Shown here: positions 44,225-57,817 of the stretch, piece by piece
Layout of the letters: each line of letters begins with the position of its first letter
Position numbering within the stretch: position 1 is the stretch's first letter
NCBI GenBank assembly: GCA_964016885.1
Contig: OZ024744.1
Location: 72,292,001-72,356,000, forward strand
From: Eledone cirrhosa
Lineage: Eukaryota
Reading direction: 5' to 3'
Length of the DNA: 64,000 bases
Notes under the pieces: generated by a model
The model's input: the letters and a program-made list of their open reading frames with translations, nothing else
The model's database searches: none
Told to the model about the DNA's origin: nothing
Program-made: the position numbers and the translations under genes

Positions 44225-44687
44225 CCGTTTACTTATATAGGAGTGCAATGTCACTTGCAGCGACACTTTCGCCAGCCGCAACCTGGTGCAGTCTGCGACT
44301 AACCCAGGTTCTGCTGCTCGTCGGGCTGAGGAGGCCAAACTCTCCAAGTACCGGTCGTTCTCCGACAGGTTTGCGGTCGTACCCTTGGCAGTGGAGACTT
44401 CTGGTATCCTCGGCCCTAGGGCTACTTCCCTACTCACCACCATAGGCGCTGAGCTGGCCCGTCGCAGGTGTAAGCATCGCGAGTTAGATTGGCTCTTCCA
44501 GCGAATCTCTCTTACCGTCCTCCGAGGAAACGCCTTCTTCATTCTGTCCGCTGGGGTTGTGGGGAGGCCAGCACGTGGGACCCCATTTGCTGACCATACG
44601 GAGAGATGGGGGGGGGCTGGTTGTAGTCGAAACATTTGTTAATAATTTGAAAATAAAACATTGCTGTATTGATTATAAAAAAAAAAA
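44225..44687 (+). mobile_element. CRE-like LINE 3' fragment (restriction-like endonuclease end) with poly(A)
   Basis: CSDTFA..GSAARRAEEAKLSKY..VPLAVETSG..LFQRISLTVLRGNA; AATAAA followed by an A run. Confidence 0.7.
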
Positions 44688-45070
44688 GCGAGATTTTACT
44701 ACTATTTCTAGCAAGTCGAACATCCTGCGTAGAAGGCTGCTTCACTTGTCGTTGACTGGTAGTGGTGGTGATTGATTACTCCCCTTATCTACTGTAATAT
44801 GTATTATCTTGTACGTTCCTCTTACATGGGGTACATACATGATTTAAATTTAACATACATCAATGGTGTGACAAAGAGGGTTCAAGTGGTAGGTCGACGG
44901 ACAGGTAGGAGGTGCGGGAAGCATAACTACAAATGGTGGCGGGGGAAGGTGCAGGAGGCATGGGTGGTGGTGTTTGAAATGTGGGTGGTGGGAGGGGGGG
45001 ATTTGTTAGGTGACTCTTAAAACAAAGAACAACAATCGAAAATAAAGAAGTGATTTTTATGTATTTAAAA

Positions 45071-45103
<33 letters not shown>

Positions 45104-45107
45104 TATA

Positions 45108-47392
45108 TGTTTCTTTATTAGCCACAGGGGCACAAAAGAAGGAAACAAATACAAAGGGGGAAGTTTACATACAATAAAAACGTGTAAAATGTTATCACAA
45201 ATGTAATTTAAAAAGTTAGTCGATTTTCCCCAATAGGGGGAAACAGTTTATATGGGTAACACATACCCCCGAAAAAATGTGCAACCCTCATCTCCAGGAG
45301 TATGAAGAGTTTGTACTCCTTTCCTCTCCTCCTCCTTTTCCTCAACCTACAGGCTGATATAGAGATAAGGCCCATTCACTCGGGCCATTCTCGCCACTTT
45401 CACCCACCTTTCATAAAACTTGCTGGGGTACAGCACCTCTCTCTCCATCCTGATTCTTCTTCCAAAGTGGTATTTGAAAAGAAGAATCAGTTGTTCGCCG
45501 GAGAGAAAGGTGTCTGACCTCAGCCCTTTCAACCTTGTCCACCATACAACCTCTTTCGTCATAGCTATCACACAAAGGAAAACCGCCTCTCCTTCGTTTT
45601 TGAAGGAGGGTGGCGGTTTGATCATGACAATGGACTCGGTGGTCAACCGGATTGGTCCCACCCGCGACAATAGTCGTTAGTCGTTCTACATAGCCCCACA
45701 GGTCAGTGACGCCGGGGCACTGTATGAATGCGTGCGCGACGGTTTCTTCGCCACGCACGCACCTCGGACAGATCTTTTTTGCAGGGTCCCTGCCCGGGCG
45801 CCCATGTCTGTAGAGCTTGTCTCGAACTGGTAGAGCTCCTCGGTAGAACTGCCAGACCAGGGACTTTTGGAAGTTGTCCATCGGTCCCGGGCGGAAGGTC
45901 CTACCGAACAGACTGGCCAGTTCATCTTCCTCTACGCCTAGAGTTTCACCGAGCGCGTCGTCGCACTTGCTGCGGATCAACCCTCTATAGAATGACGAAG
46001 TGGAGTCTCCACTGATCGCCGGGTACGCCTGCCAGAGGGCTGTGAGCGCCTGAGCACATTCGATGTGCCAGTCGCCTATTTTCCTCGGTCTTTGCTCGAC
46101 CCAGGACTGCAGCTCGGTCAGCGAGACGAGTCGTGGGAAGGTTCGCCTCACGACCGGGGCCCACACCGGTTGTCCAGTGAGGAATACGTATAGATGCCCC
46201 AGCCTGAGCGCGTGTTTGCGCATCGTCAACCACGGCATCCCCAGCCCTCCATTAGAAGGGTGTTGGCAGCAGATGGATCTTCTCACCAAAGGAGCCCGCC
46301 TCTTCCAAAGGAATTGGAAGAGCGCGCGCTCCATTTTGGAGAGCGTTTTGGATGGACAAGGCACGACGGTCAAGCGGTAGTAGATGGCGGACGCTATAAA
46401 AGTGTTCGCCACCTCCGCTCGACCTTTCAAGGATAGTTTGCACTCGGCCCACTTCTGGGTGAGCGCAAACACCTTGGCCGTCACTTCGTTCCAGTTCTTC
46501 TCCACCTGGATGTCCGGACCAAACCAGACCCCGAGCAGCTTTACCGGTCCTTCCGGCCAGCATCCGACGACGCCATCGGAAGGCATCGGTTTGCCTCTCC
46601 ACGATCCGAGTTGCAAACCGATGGACTTGTCCCGGTTCAGCTTCGCTCCTGTGAAACTTTCGCATTCCTTCAGTAAGGTGCCAACTTCCTCGATTTGCGA
46701 GGCGCTCGACACCACTAATGTCACGTCGTCGGCGTAGGCCGACGCCGCTTTCCGCAGTCCCGGTTCCAGAGGGATGCCCTGCAATAGCTCCAACTTCCGC
46801 AGTAGTGGCTCGAGAGTCAGTACGTACAGAAGGGAGGAGAGAGGGCATCCCTGTCGAATGGATCGCGTAATATGGAACGGCTCCGAGAGGTAGCCGTTCA
46901 CCTTGACCCTTGAGCAGATGTTGCTGTTGTGCATTGCAGTAATCCAGCCCCTGAACACGGGTCCGAAGCCTGCCGCCTCGAGCACGGCATCCAGGTAACG
47001 ATGGTCAACCCTATCGAAAGCCTTTGACTGATCCAAGTTGATCAGGGCCCCACCGAAGCCGGGTTTACACCCTACCCTCTCTATGATATACCGCATGAGG
47101 TGGAGGTTGTTGTGTATGGACCTGGTCGGTATTGCGCATGTCTGCGCTTCTCCCACCAGGTTCTCGACGACAAGCGCCAGCCTCTTTGCCAAGACCTTGG
47201 CCAAAATCTGTAACTCTGTGTTTAGCAGAGTTATGGGCCGGAAGTTGCCTATGTCACTATTTTGTGATCTGAATAGATAACCATGAACATTTGTGGACAG
47301 CTTATATCTAACTAGAACCCTATCTAGGTACGATCTAGATGTTCCACTACGATTAGTCCACGTCCACGTCCACAGTGGCACAGTCGGAAAAT
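45108..47392 (-). mobile_element. 5'-truncated, internally deleted Tx1-clade LINE (second subfamily)
   Basis: RT motifs FRPITLLN, KAFDRVDH, IRQGCPLS, AYADDV and CPRC..HAFIQC; (GATA)n or (GACA)n on both flanks. Confidence 0.92.
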
Positions 47393-47395
47393 ATG

Positions 47396-47463
<68 letters not shown>

Positions 47464-47889
47464 CAGGTAGATAGATAGATAGGCACTGCACCTGATTGCA
47501 CTTTGCTGTATTGCATTGTATTGTACTGCAACAATCGAATCGATCGACAAAATTCGAAACCTCATTAGCTTACCGAATGAGGTGGAACTGGACAGATCGG
47601 ACCAATGAAACAATGTTTCCATTGCTGTTACTATCTACCTGTCGCAACACATGGCGGAAAGATCAATTTGAAATAAAGTGTCTTGTTCAAGGACATAACG
47701 CATCACCTGGTCTGGGAATCAAACTCGCAACCTCGCTATTGCGAATCTAATTCTCCTAACCACTAGGCCAAGCTTCTTCACATGATATATATAATGCACC
47801 CTTATAAAACAATAGAATGGTCATGGCCGGAAAACTTTTTCATCATAGAGCTGCTGCTCAAACAGGAACTTACGCAGTAGGCGGGGCGC

Positions 47890-47929
<40 letters not shown>

Positions 47930-48280
47930 GATGCACAGGTGCGCAGCAATATACACAAATATAGAGAAATCTTTCATTAAACTAAGTCGTTATTTAACAA
48001 AGTGTTAACAGAAGATAAAGAATTCAATTTGTCGTACTGGTATCCAGAGTTGCGTAGATTAGCATATCAACGCCCCCACCTTCCTACACACACTCGTACT
48101 ACTACGCACACACACACACATACACAAACATATATATATATATATATATATATATGTTAGGTAATTTCGAAGAGAAGGCAAAGGAAAAAAGAGTGCTCTA
48201 TGTATAGAGCAATATTAATATTGTCTGGGATCCAGAAACCTTTGGTAATGGAGTAGTTATATTTTGTGTTGTTCAATTTC

Positions 48281-48321
<41 letters not shown>

Positions 48322-48322
<1 letters not shown>

Positions 48323-49136
48323 AAATGAAGAGGCGGATTTTCAGGTCTTTACGAAGGTCCGACTTCCACACCGATCTCAAACTGTGGCACGCCGCCCAGG
48401 TTTTGCTCTTCCTCTCAACCACATCATATTCCGTATTCCCAATCTTTGCTCCCAAATACAGGAAGTCCTCAACCAATTCTAGCTGCTTCCCGCCTACATT
48501 AGTGATCCCCTCTGGCTTCTCATCATTATCTACCAGATATTTTGTTTTAGTCTCATTCATTCTCAGCCCCACACTCATCGACACAGTCTCAACCTCCTGC
48601 ATCAAATCCTCTGCCTCCTTCACTGTATTTGTCAGCAAAACTATGTCGTCGGCAAATTCAGCATCTGATATCTTCGTAAAGACCTGAAAATCCGCCTCTT
48701 CATTGCTGTAGTGGAGTCTGTGCTGCTGTACGGGTCTGAGACTTGGACACTGACCAAGAAACTCACTCAGATGGTGGATGGGTGCTACACGAGAATGCTG
48801 AGGATGACTCTGAACATTAATCAGTATACACTGAGGATGAAAAACTCAGAGCTGTATGGGAGACTCCTAAAAGTCAGCTCAAAAGTGACACAGAGGAGAC
48901 TGAGATTAGCTGGAGATGCTCACCGACATCCAGAGTTGACATTGCACTCAGTGCTCCTGTGGGAGCCCCTACATGGACAGAATGGAAGAGGAAGACCAAG
49001 GTTAACGTATGTTGATGCCCTAAGGACAGACACTGGTCTGTTGGAGACGCAGGACATGGCAGCGATAATGAGGGACAGAGACCGCTGGAGAGAACTCGTC
49101 CATGGATCTCGGGAATTTTACGCGCCCTAGATAGAT
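48322..49136 (+). mobile_element. RTE-clade LINE with 5' inversion
   Basis: 48322-48668 on minus encodes FADDIVLL..FLYLGA..KDLKIRLFI; 48672-49130 on plus continues KDLKIRLFIAVVESVLLYGSETW..FYAP*. Confidence 0.9.
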
Positions 49137-49161
49137 ATATAAAATAATTAAGTCAAATATG

Positions 49162-49343
<182 letters not shown>

Positions 49344-49626
49344 AAGCCATTTCTATATTAAATGTTTATACTCTGCTATGTATTAAGTACCTTACTTACT
49401 GTGGTTACCCCCGATTAAACCCGGGATAAACTTATCTGATTTATACATCCAACTGTTGGAACGGCAAGAGCTCAGCCGTCGGGGTCCAGAATTTTTCATA
49501 TTACCAACTCTACTACTCCAAGTATCGACTACTCTGGTAAGTAATGTTCTAATTGGTTTTTACTGCAACCATTCTGATTAACATATATATATATATATAT
49601 TTATATACATATATACATTACATCAT

Positions 49627-49698
<72 letters not shown>

Positions 49699-49993
49699 CA
49701 CACATACATATACATATATATACATATATCTATATATGTATATATGTATATATATATAACTTTAACCACCACCACCACTATTTTCAACAATCATATTATG
49801 TTCATTTTTTTCACATATATATTTTTTTAACTTATTTTTTGATAAGCTTCATTCTAACTTATTTATTATTATTTATTTATTTTTATTTTTAATTCTTTCT
49901 CTCTTTTTTCTTTTTCATTTTCTTTCTTTATTATTGATGTTGTTATTTGAATTCTCCTAGTATATTACAAACGCCGTGTGTAATTTTTGTCAG

Positions 49994-50100
49994 TTATTCT
50001 GATGATTTGATTAGGCATACATTGTATTTAAGATTGAGTGACACAACTTCAAGTTATTAGCAATCTTTAGACACCCTTATCAATGAAACAATTGTTAATA
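49994..50100 (+). ncRNA. pLTR hammerhead with extended stem II, 5' copy
   Basis: ttatt-CTGATGA-tttgattagg..(about 55 nt)..ccttatcaat-GAAAC-aatt-GTT-aata. Confidence 0.65.
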
Positions 50101-50395
50101 CTGTAAATAAAACCCTTTTCGTACTGTTGACCATGTTATTCTTCACTCTTTCACTATTATTACTCCAAGATTAACCTGCATAGGAATTTCCAGGAACTCG
50201 CCACCTAAATAAGGAAACCTCTTGTTTAGTCAAACAACGCCGTACGTTAAAACTATCAACAATACAGTGTACTCACAACCTCTAACTGGATTACCTATAA
50301 CGATAATTTGTTATCCCATATCCCATATATCCCATATACTAGGTTGAGCAACACCCTTAACGCACGACACTAACATTGAAAGACACCACATAAAC

Positions 50396-52772
50396 ATGTC
50401 CTTAAAAAACATACCTATACCTACAAACAGGGAATATATACTCGGTATGATACAACGTACTAATGACTTCATCCGTCGAATCTGATGGAAGGCATATCAT
50501 TACGATAAAGGACAAACAAATGATAAAAATGAGGAATTTACTAGTGAAAAAGTGGTTTCAAATCCTGCAAAAATCCACCGAATAACCCCCAGATTGATGC
50601 CTTCGAACTCGACCTCATGAACATGATAAACGGAACCAAATTAAAAAAACGGACGCATTACAACAAACTGTAAAACGACATCAATGCACTACTAAAAAAA
50701 CTACGTAGCACCAACGGTATTATAGTAAAAGCGGACAAAACATCAAACGTATACACCATGAGCCTTAATACATACAATAACTATATACGCCGTGAATTAG
50801 GCAAAAAATACAGGAAAACTACGGAATCTACACTCACTAGCATTAATAAGGAAGGACTTAACATAGTAAAAAAAACTGAATATATCTGATAGAACCGAGC
50901 CTCTAACCCCTTGTAAACCCACATTTAATCTGAAGGATCATAAATGTAACTTCGAAACTGACTCTGCTATTAGATTAATATGCCCATCGAAATCGGATAT
51001 AGGTAGAATTAGCAAGTATATACTAGATAGAATAATGGCACAAATTAAATACAAACTAATAATTAAGCTATGGGTAACACTAACGAAGCAATAGATTGGT
51101 TTAGCAAAAGAGACAATAAGGAAACATCCGACTTCATACAGTTTGACATCAATGACTACTACTCCTCCATTTCCCCAATCACCCTAAATAAGGCACTAAC
51201 CTTTGCAAGGAAAAACTCGGACCTATCCTCTGATGAAATTAGAATAATACTAGCTGCTAGGAGAACTATCATTAGGTTCGATAATAGTTACTGGGAAAGG
51301 AAAAACAAACAGAATAGCTTCGATATCACTATGGGATATAGCGACTCAGCTCAAGTAACAGATATAGTTGGAATATATATATAGCGCATAACTTACATAA
51401 GGAATTTAATAACCTCCACGGAGGAATTTATAGAGACGGTGCACTCCTTTTAGCTAAAAACTTAAATAATAAAAACTTGGAAAGATTACGTAAAAACATT
51501 AGAATCTTCTTCAAAACACTAGGCCTAGGCATCACTTTCGAACTTAATTCTAAAAAAGCTAACTTCTTAGATGTAACACTCAACCTAAACACATGACTAA
51601 TAAAGTCCTTTCATAAAAATAACGAAAATCTAGCATACATTAGTTATAACTCAAACCACCCTCGCTCCATAATTAACTCTATAACACATAGTATATCCCT
51701 TAGAATGTCACGCTTATCTTCTAACCTGGAGATTTTTAATGAACACGCGAACAACTACAACATAGCTTCACTTAAGGCAGGCTACAAGGAGAGGCTCAAA
51801 TACATCCCAGATACAGACATCAACACACCTAATAACACCACACACACCTACAGAAATAGCAAATATAGGACTAAACATAGAAATAGACAACGAGCACCAG
51901 AAATAACTGAACCGAATGCTAATATAAGGACCCCTAGGAACTATAGAAAATCCACAAATAGGAAATACTTATGGTTCAATCCAATATTTAACTCCTCTAT
52001 AAAAACAAAACTACCTTCTACATTCTTTAAGCTAATTAACAAGCACTTCTTCCCTAAACTTCACAAATACCATAAACTATTTAACAGAAAAACTATCAAG
52101 CTCTCTTACTCTACTGCAGCCAACATAGAATCACATATACATAAAATTAACTATTGAATAATCTCTAATGAAAATAACCTACAAATAAACACCATAACAC
52201 CAAATACAAAACACAAACACATAACATCACAACCACACACACGTCAGAACGCATCACAACAAAACATCAACAAACCCAAATCTCAGCCCATACATAACAA
52301 CATACAAAACCGCAACGGAGAACCTGCACACAGGAAGGCCTCCAAATGTAACTGCCACTTACCGGATAAGTGGCCACTACAAAATAGATGCCTAGAATCA
52401 AATATAGTGTACCTGTGTACTATAAATTCGGGCAACTTAGCAAGGCACTACATAGGTTCTACGGCTGGGGAGTTCAAAAAAAGATGGTACCTCCATAGAC
52501 ATTCTATGAAGAACCTTAGACTAGTGAACTCAACAACGCTGGCCCATAAAATCTGGCAGCTTAAGGATACAAACCAAGAATACAGGATTAGCTGGTCGAA
52601 ATTATCGGGACCAAGAGCATACAAAAATGGAATGTCCCACTGCGGACTTTGCAATATGGAGTTGTTCCATATTTTAAAGTACGACAAAATGCTGCTTAAC
52701 AGCAAAATAGAACGATCAATTTTCTGTAGACACAAAGCAGCTACTAAATTCGCAAATTTCAAACCAACATGA
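50396..52772 (+). pseudogene. PLE reverse transcriptase and GIY-YIG endonuclease, disrupted
   Basis: MSLKNIPIP, KADKTSN, LKDHK, FDINDYYSSI, MGYSDSAQ, IYRDG (YRDD mutated), FLDVT, SNHP, WFNP, CNC, VYLC..YIGST..FKKRW..H, CGLC, CRHK; several stops and frameshifts. Confidence 0.88.
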
Positions 52773-53382
52773 TTCGATCCAACAATCCCATAATTCAAGC
52801 TGAACCACTTAGAGTCTATTATAATAACCCACTTTATTAACTGTCAATAGACCAACTAATCACTAAATCAACATCATAATCTCCTCACCTTTCTTTCTTT
52901 CACTCTCTATCACTAAAACTATTTCACCTCATCCATTATATCCTATCATGTTCTCTTCACCTCTCACCTAACTTCTAATTTATTAATTTATCTTTTATAT
53001 ATTATCTATAATTATATTCTTTCTTCCTACTATAACCCTCTTTGATTTAACCAATACATATGTCTATATTTAATATTTTCATATTAATAGTATTTATACC
53101 CTCATCACATCTTTATATTTACACACAACTATAACTTCAACCACCAACACCACCACCACCACCACTATTTTCAACAATAATATTATGTTCATTTTTTTCA
53201 CATATATATTTTTTTTACTTATTTTTTATCATCTTCATTCTAACTTATTTATTATTATTTATTATTTTTTATTTTTTATTTTTATTTCTCTCTTTTTTCT
53301 TTTTCGTTTTCTTTCTTTATTATTGATGTTGTTATTTGAATTCTCCTAGTATATTACAAACACCGTTTGTAATTTGTGTCAG

Positions 53383-53490
53383 TTATTCTGATGATTTAAT
53401 TAGGCATACATTGTATTTAAGATCGAGTGACACAACTTCAAGTGATAAGCAATCTTTAGACACCCTAATCAATGAAACAATTGTTAATAA
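53383..53490 (+). ncRNA. pLTR hammerhead with extended stem II, 3' copy
   Basis: ttatt-CTGATGA-tttaattagg..cctaatcaat-GAAAC-aatt-GTT-aataa. Confidence 0.7.
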
Positions 53491-53529
53491 AACCCTTTGG
53501 TACTGTTGGCCATGTTAGTCTTCACTCTT

Positions 53530-53575
<46 letters not shown>

Positions 53576-53579
53576 TACA

Positions 53580-53612
<33 letters not shown>

Positions 53613-53613
53613 T

Positions 53614-53682
<69 letters not shown>

Positions 53683-53924
53683 ATGCATGCATGTATGCAT
53701 GTATGTATAGTGGAAACACCTGTTTTAGCGAATATGAACATGACTGTGTTCTAGCTTAACACTTGTTCGTCTTTGTTTTTGTTTTTGTTTTGTTTTTGCT
53801 TGTTTTATTTTACTTTGTTTTATTTTGTTTTGTATACTTTGTGCATGCGTTCCTTGCTGGCTAGAATACACCGGAGAGATACAACATAAGGTGTAAATAA
53901 GTACACAAGATCAGTAAACAATTA

Positions 53925-54500
53925 GGCAGCATTAGGGTTGGACGCCATGCTTTCTAGCATAGTTACGTCCCTTTACGATCTGAGTTCAAATCCCGCCGAG
54001 GTTAACTTTGCCTTTCATCCTTACGGGGTCGATAAAATAAAGTACCAGTAATGTACTGAATAATTGCTGGCCTTGTGCCTAAAGTAGAAACAATTATGAA
54101 ATAATACACACAGGAGAGATACATCATACGTCATAAATAAATATATTAACCCTCAAGATTGCTAAACAATTAAACAATATCGTGGAGTAAAACACACAGG
54201 AGAAATAAAACATACGTATAAAGTCTGTTTTGTCGACGTTCCAGTAGCAGGAGTAAAAAAAGGTATCTACGTATATAAAATAATGTATACAAACACCCAA
54301 TAATTGTTCCTACTTTAGGCACAAGGTCAGCAATTTATATCGACAACAGTGTATTACTGGTACTTTATTTTAACGACCCCGTAAGGATGAAAGGCAAAGC
54401 TAACGTCGACAGGATTTGAACCCAGATCGTAAAGGGCTGTAATCCTATGCCATGCACCATGTTGTCCAACGTTCTACCGATATTGCTAAACCCACGCCTT
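53925..54500. mobile_element. SINE family 1 copies at 53925-54097(+) and 54303-54500(-)
   Basis: Consensus matches; TSD acaaacacccaataatt around the second copy. Confidence 0.88.
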
Positions 54501-54684
54501 ACAAACACCCAATAATTAAACTAGTTACTTCTACTACTTCTACTACTTCTACTACTACTAATACCATTACCGATAGTGCTAAATTCCCCCACCCACCCAC
54601 CCCCGCCTTACAAACACCGAATAATTAAACTAGTTAACATACTGAAGAAATTTATAGTATTCTGTACTGCAGAATAAAACATTT

Positions 54685-55200
54685 GTTGTTCACAAGGTAA
54701 CTTATATCATCAAAAGGATGGAGTAGCAAGCCATAGGTTTTCCCTTAAAAGTTCCAGCGTTCTACGGAACAATTATAGAAAAGCAGAGTGATACCAAAGT
54801 ATTTACATACGATATACACTATAGACAGGAACGAACGATACAATCGTAGTAATGGACACTCCGGAATGTGTCGAGAAACTGAACGAAGACCTAGAAAAGA
54901 ACTCCATACTAAAATTCAACAGTTTAAATAGTATTAGTAAAACTCTTAGTGATACAATGGCTCCATTTCTAGACATAAACACTCAGATTGAAAATTAGAA
55001 AAATATCACGACCGTTTACACCAAAGACACAAATAAATGCTTGTACTTATATGGGGACAATAAATGCCCACACAGATACAAAATATTAGTGTTGAAATCT
55101 CTACTTAGCAGGATATTTAGATTCATCTACAAACGATGCATTAGATAACGAAATCTACAGAATAAAATAAATACTAAACATCGCGTATTTAACGGAATGA
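54685..55200 (+). pseudogene. Decayed Penelope/Poseidon-type RT fragment
   Basis: LYHQKDGVA, SILKF, PFLDI, TTVYTKDTN, CPHRYKILV in shifting frames. Confidence 0.65.
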
Positions 55201-55369
55201 AAAAAAAAAGACCAAGCGATAAATATCAAGCACAAACACAACAGAATAAATACATCACATACTACACCTATTAAAAATAAATGAATTACACATAAAATGT
55301 ATTATATGAATCAAACAAACACTCACACACGCCCACACGTACATATACATACGTGTGTATGTGTGAGTG

Positions 55370-55443
<74 letters not shown>

Positions 55444-56037
55444 AATATTTCTTTATTTGCCACAAGGGCCCACAAGAAAAGGGGACAATTCAAGGACATA
55501 TGCCGGGTATTTTACATACAATCGTGTAAACAAATTTTTTTAATAAACAAATTCAACAATCGAAATCCCCAATAGGGGGGAGGCGTTACAAATGGTTTGT
55601 TTAATACCCCGTAGATAGAACAACCTTCAACTCTAGGAGCGTGTTGTGCAAGTGTTCCTTTCCTCCTTTTGCTCTCATCTTCAACCTACAGGTTTATATA
55701 CAGAGAAGGCCCAATCACTCGGGCCAGTTTTGCTACATTCACCCACCTTTCAGTAAATTTACTGGGGTGCCGCTCTCTCCACTCTGATTCTCCTTCTAAA
55801 GTGGTATCTAAAGAAAGGAATGAGTTGTTGTCCGGAGAGAATGGCATCTGTCCTCAGTCCTCTCAATCTCGTCCACCATATAATCTCTTTTACCATAGCC
55901 ACTACACAGAGGAAAACCGCCTCTTTCGTTTTTTAAAGAAGTTGGTGGTTTGATCCTTACTATGGACTCGGCAATCAACTGAATTTGTCCCATACGTGAC
56001 AGCAGTTATTCTGCGTACCTCCACAGGTCGGTTACGG
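55444..56037 (-). mobile_element. Tx1-clade 3' fragment between (GATA)n tracts
   Basis: GQIQLIAESIVRIKPP is homologous to the ORF2 C-terminus; shared 3' UTR motifs. Confidence 0.85.
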
Positions 56038-56046
56038 ATAGATAGG

Positions 56047-56107
<61 letters not shown>

Positions 56108-56489
56108 GATTGCAATGAAGTCAACTCCGCAAAAAGAAACTCAAGGTTCCGGGCGGTGTTTTTAAACTAACCGACCGATTAAATGCACCAACCAAGCAGG
56201 CTATGCTGTTATTTTTTTTTTAACTCAGAGCGGAAACAACCGAAGTATATAACGACGTTCTGAGTATTCCGCTGCCCTACACTGCTACTTTATATAGTAA
56301 ATATATATTATAAAAAACATTGAAGTTAAGCTTGGCGAGATTCGGTATTTGAACTCGGAAGCAAGAGGGCCGTAATGAATACTGCAAGACATTTCATTCG
56401 ACGCTCTAACACTTCTGTCAGATGTGTGAATATCTAGAAAAGATTGCAAGAAAGAGAAATCTATTGTATCAAAAGTTACTAGTCTGCAC

Positions 56490-56715
56490 TAGGGCAGCAG
56501 ATTGGCAGTATCAGTAGAGAGTCGGACAACATAACATGCTTCACGGCATAGAGTTACGCACCTTTACGTTCTGAGTTCAAATCCCGCCGAGGTAACTTTG
56601 CTTTTCATCCTGACGGGATCGATAAAATAAAAGTACCAGTCATGCACTGGGTCGATTTAATCGACTGCCCCCCCCCCCCCCAAATTGCTGGCCTTGTGCC
56701 TATATAAGAAACCAT
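56490..56715 (+). mobile_element. SINE family 1
   Basis: Consensus match; flanking duplication attgtatcaaaa. Confidence 0.9.
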
Positions 56716-57665
56716 TGTATCAAAAAGGACAACATAGCTAGCCGGAAGTAAACTACTTAACACCTACACATATTACTCATCCCATATCTCCCTAAAGGGG
56801 GGGGGGCAGTTATACCCTCGCTACACTCGCAACTGTAATTATACTTTACGTATGTTTTCAAACAAAATTAAAAGATAAACCTATTCGCAATTTTTGATGT
56901 ATAATTTAATTTCTTAGTAAAATAATTTACCTTGGCACATAGTCCTGATAATGTTTCCTCTACCAAAAACGTTCCCACCCCTACCACTACTATCACTATC
57001 ACTACCAACACCACCACCACCACCACCACCACCACAAACTTGATGAAAAGGGTAAGTCGATTATATCAATCCCAGTTCTTTCGAACTTGAAAGTATGTAA
57101 TGCAAATTTTACCACAGAGAGATTTAAACTGATATGTAATGAGCCGGAACAAACGCCACAGAACTCTCTAATGTTTTCTAATATTTGTACATGGCTACAC
57201 ATTTTAAGTTTGACATAATAGACTCCGGTATTTGTTTAGCATATCTACATTTCTACATATATTTATATAAATATTTGAGGTTACCTCTTCATTGTATATA
57301 TTTTGCTTTGGCCCCACTCGGTCACGAATGACTTTGGTTTTGCAGCTAGAAAGTTTCCCTCCGAGGAACAAGCCGGGGCAATGTTTGTTTTGTGGAAGAC
57401 CAGCAGTCGCCCATGCATACCAGTCTCTCCCTTCTCTACGCCACTGATGTTGTCCAAGGGAAAGGCTTGGCACATGTGCCGTCGTAACTATTTCTACAGA
57501 TGAGTAAACTGGAGCAACGTGAAAATAAAGTGTCTTGCTCAAGGACACAACGCATCACCCGGTCCGAGAATCGAACTCACAACCTCTCAATTGCAAGCAC
57601 TAAGCCATGCGCCTTCACTACAGTTGTTAATACATAGTATACTTCGTCTGCATGTGTACAAATAT

Positions 57666-57817
57666 CAGACCTGCCAACCTCTAAAAACCTAAACGAGGAG
57701 TATCATGAAACAAGTGAAATGAGGCAAAATACCCATTTTCACAGGAAAAGATCTCTCTCGCTCGCCCCAAAGTGGGTGGGAGATCTTCCCGTCTGACGGG
57801 GAGAATTGACAGGTCTG
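57666..57817. mobile_element. MITE, probably hAT
   Basis: TIR cagacctgccaac / attgacaggtctg, aaatat on both sides; a longer relative starts at 62408. Confidence 0.7.

Larger units (their letters stand above)
49757..53535 (+). mobile_element. Penelope-like element with direct pseudo-LTRs between (TA)n tracts (possibly Naiad-type)
   Basis: About 400-bp direct repeat 49757-50160 / 53130-53535 flanking an RT plus GIY-YIG frame. Confidence 0.9.

Noticed and set aside
45411-47534. 707-aa ORF as an intact protein
   Set aside because: The N-terminus is read through (TATC)n, the endonuclease is mostly missing, and the C-terminus is frameshifted
50470-52160. In-frame TGA codons in the PLE as selenocysteine, as reported for some Naiad elements
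   Set aside because: The TGAs appear to replace Arg or Gly positions (RRI*WKA, NLNT*L), not Cys; the frame also has frameshifts and a YRDD-to-YRDG change; no SECIS was identified
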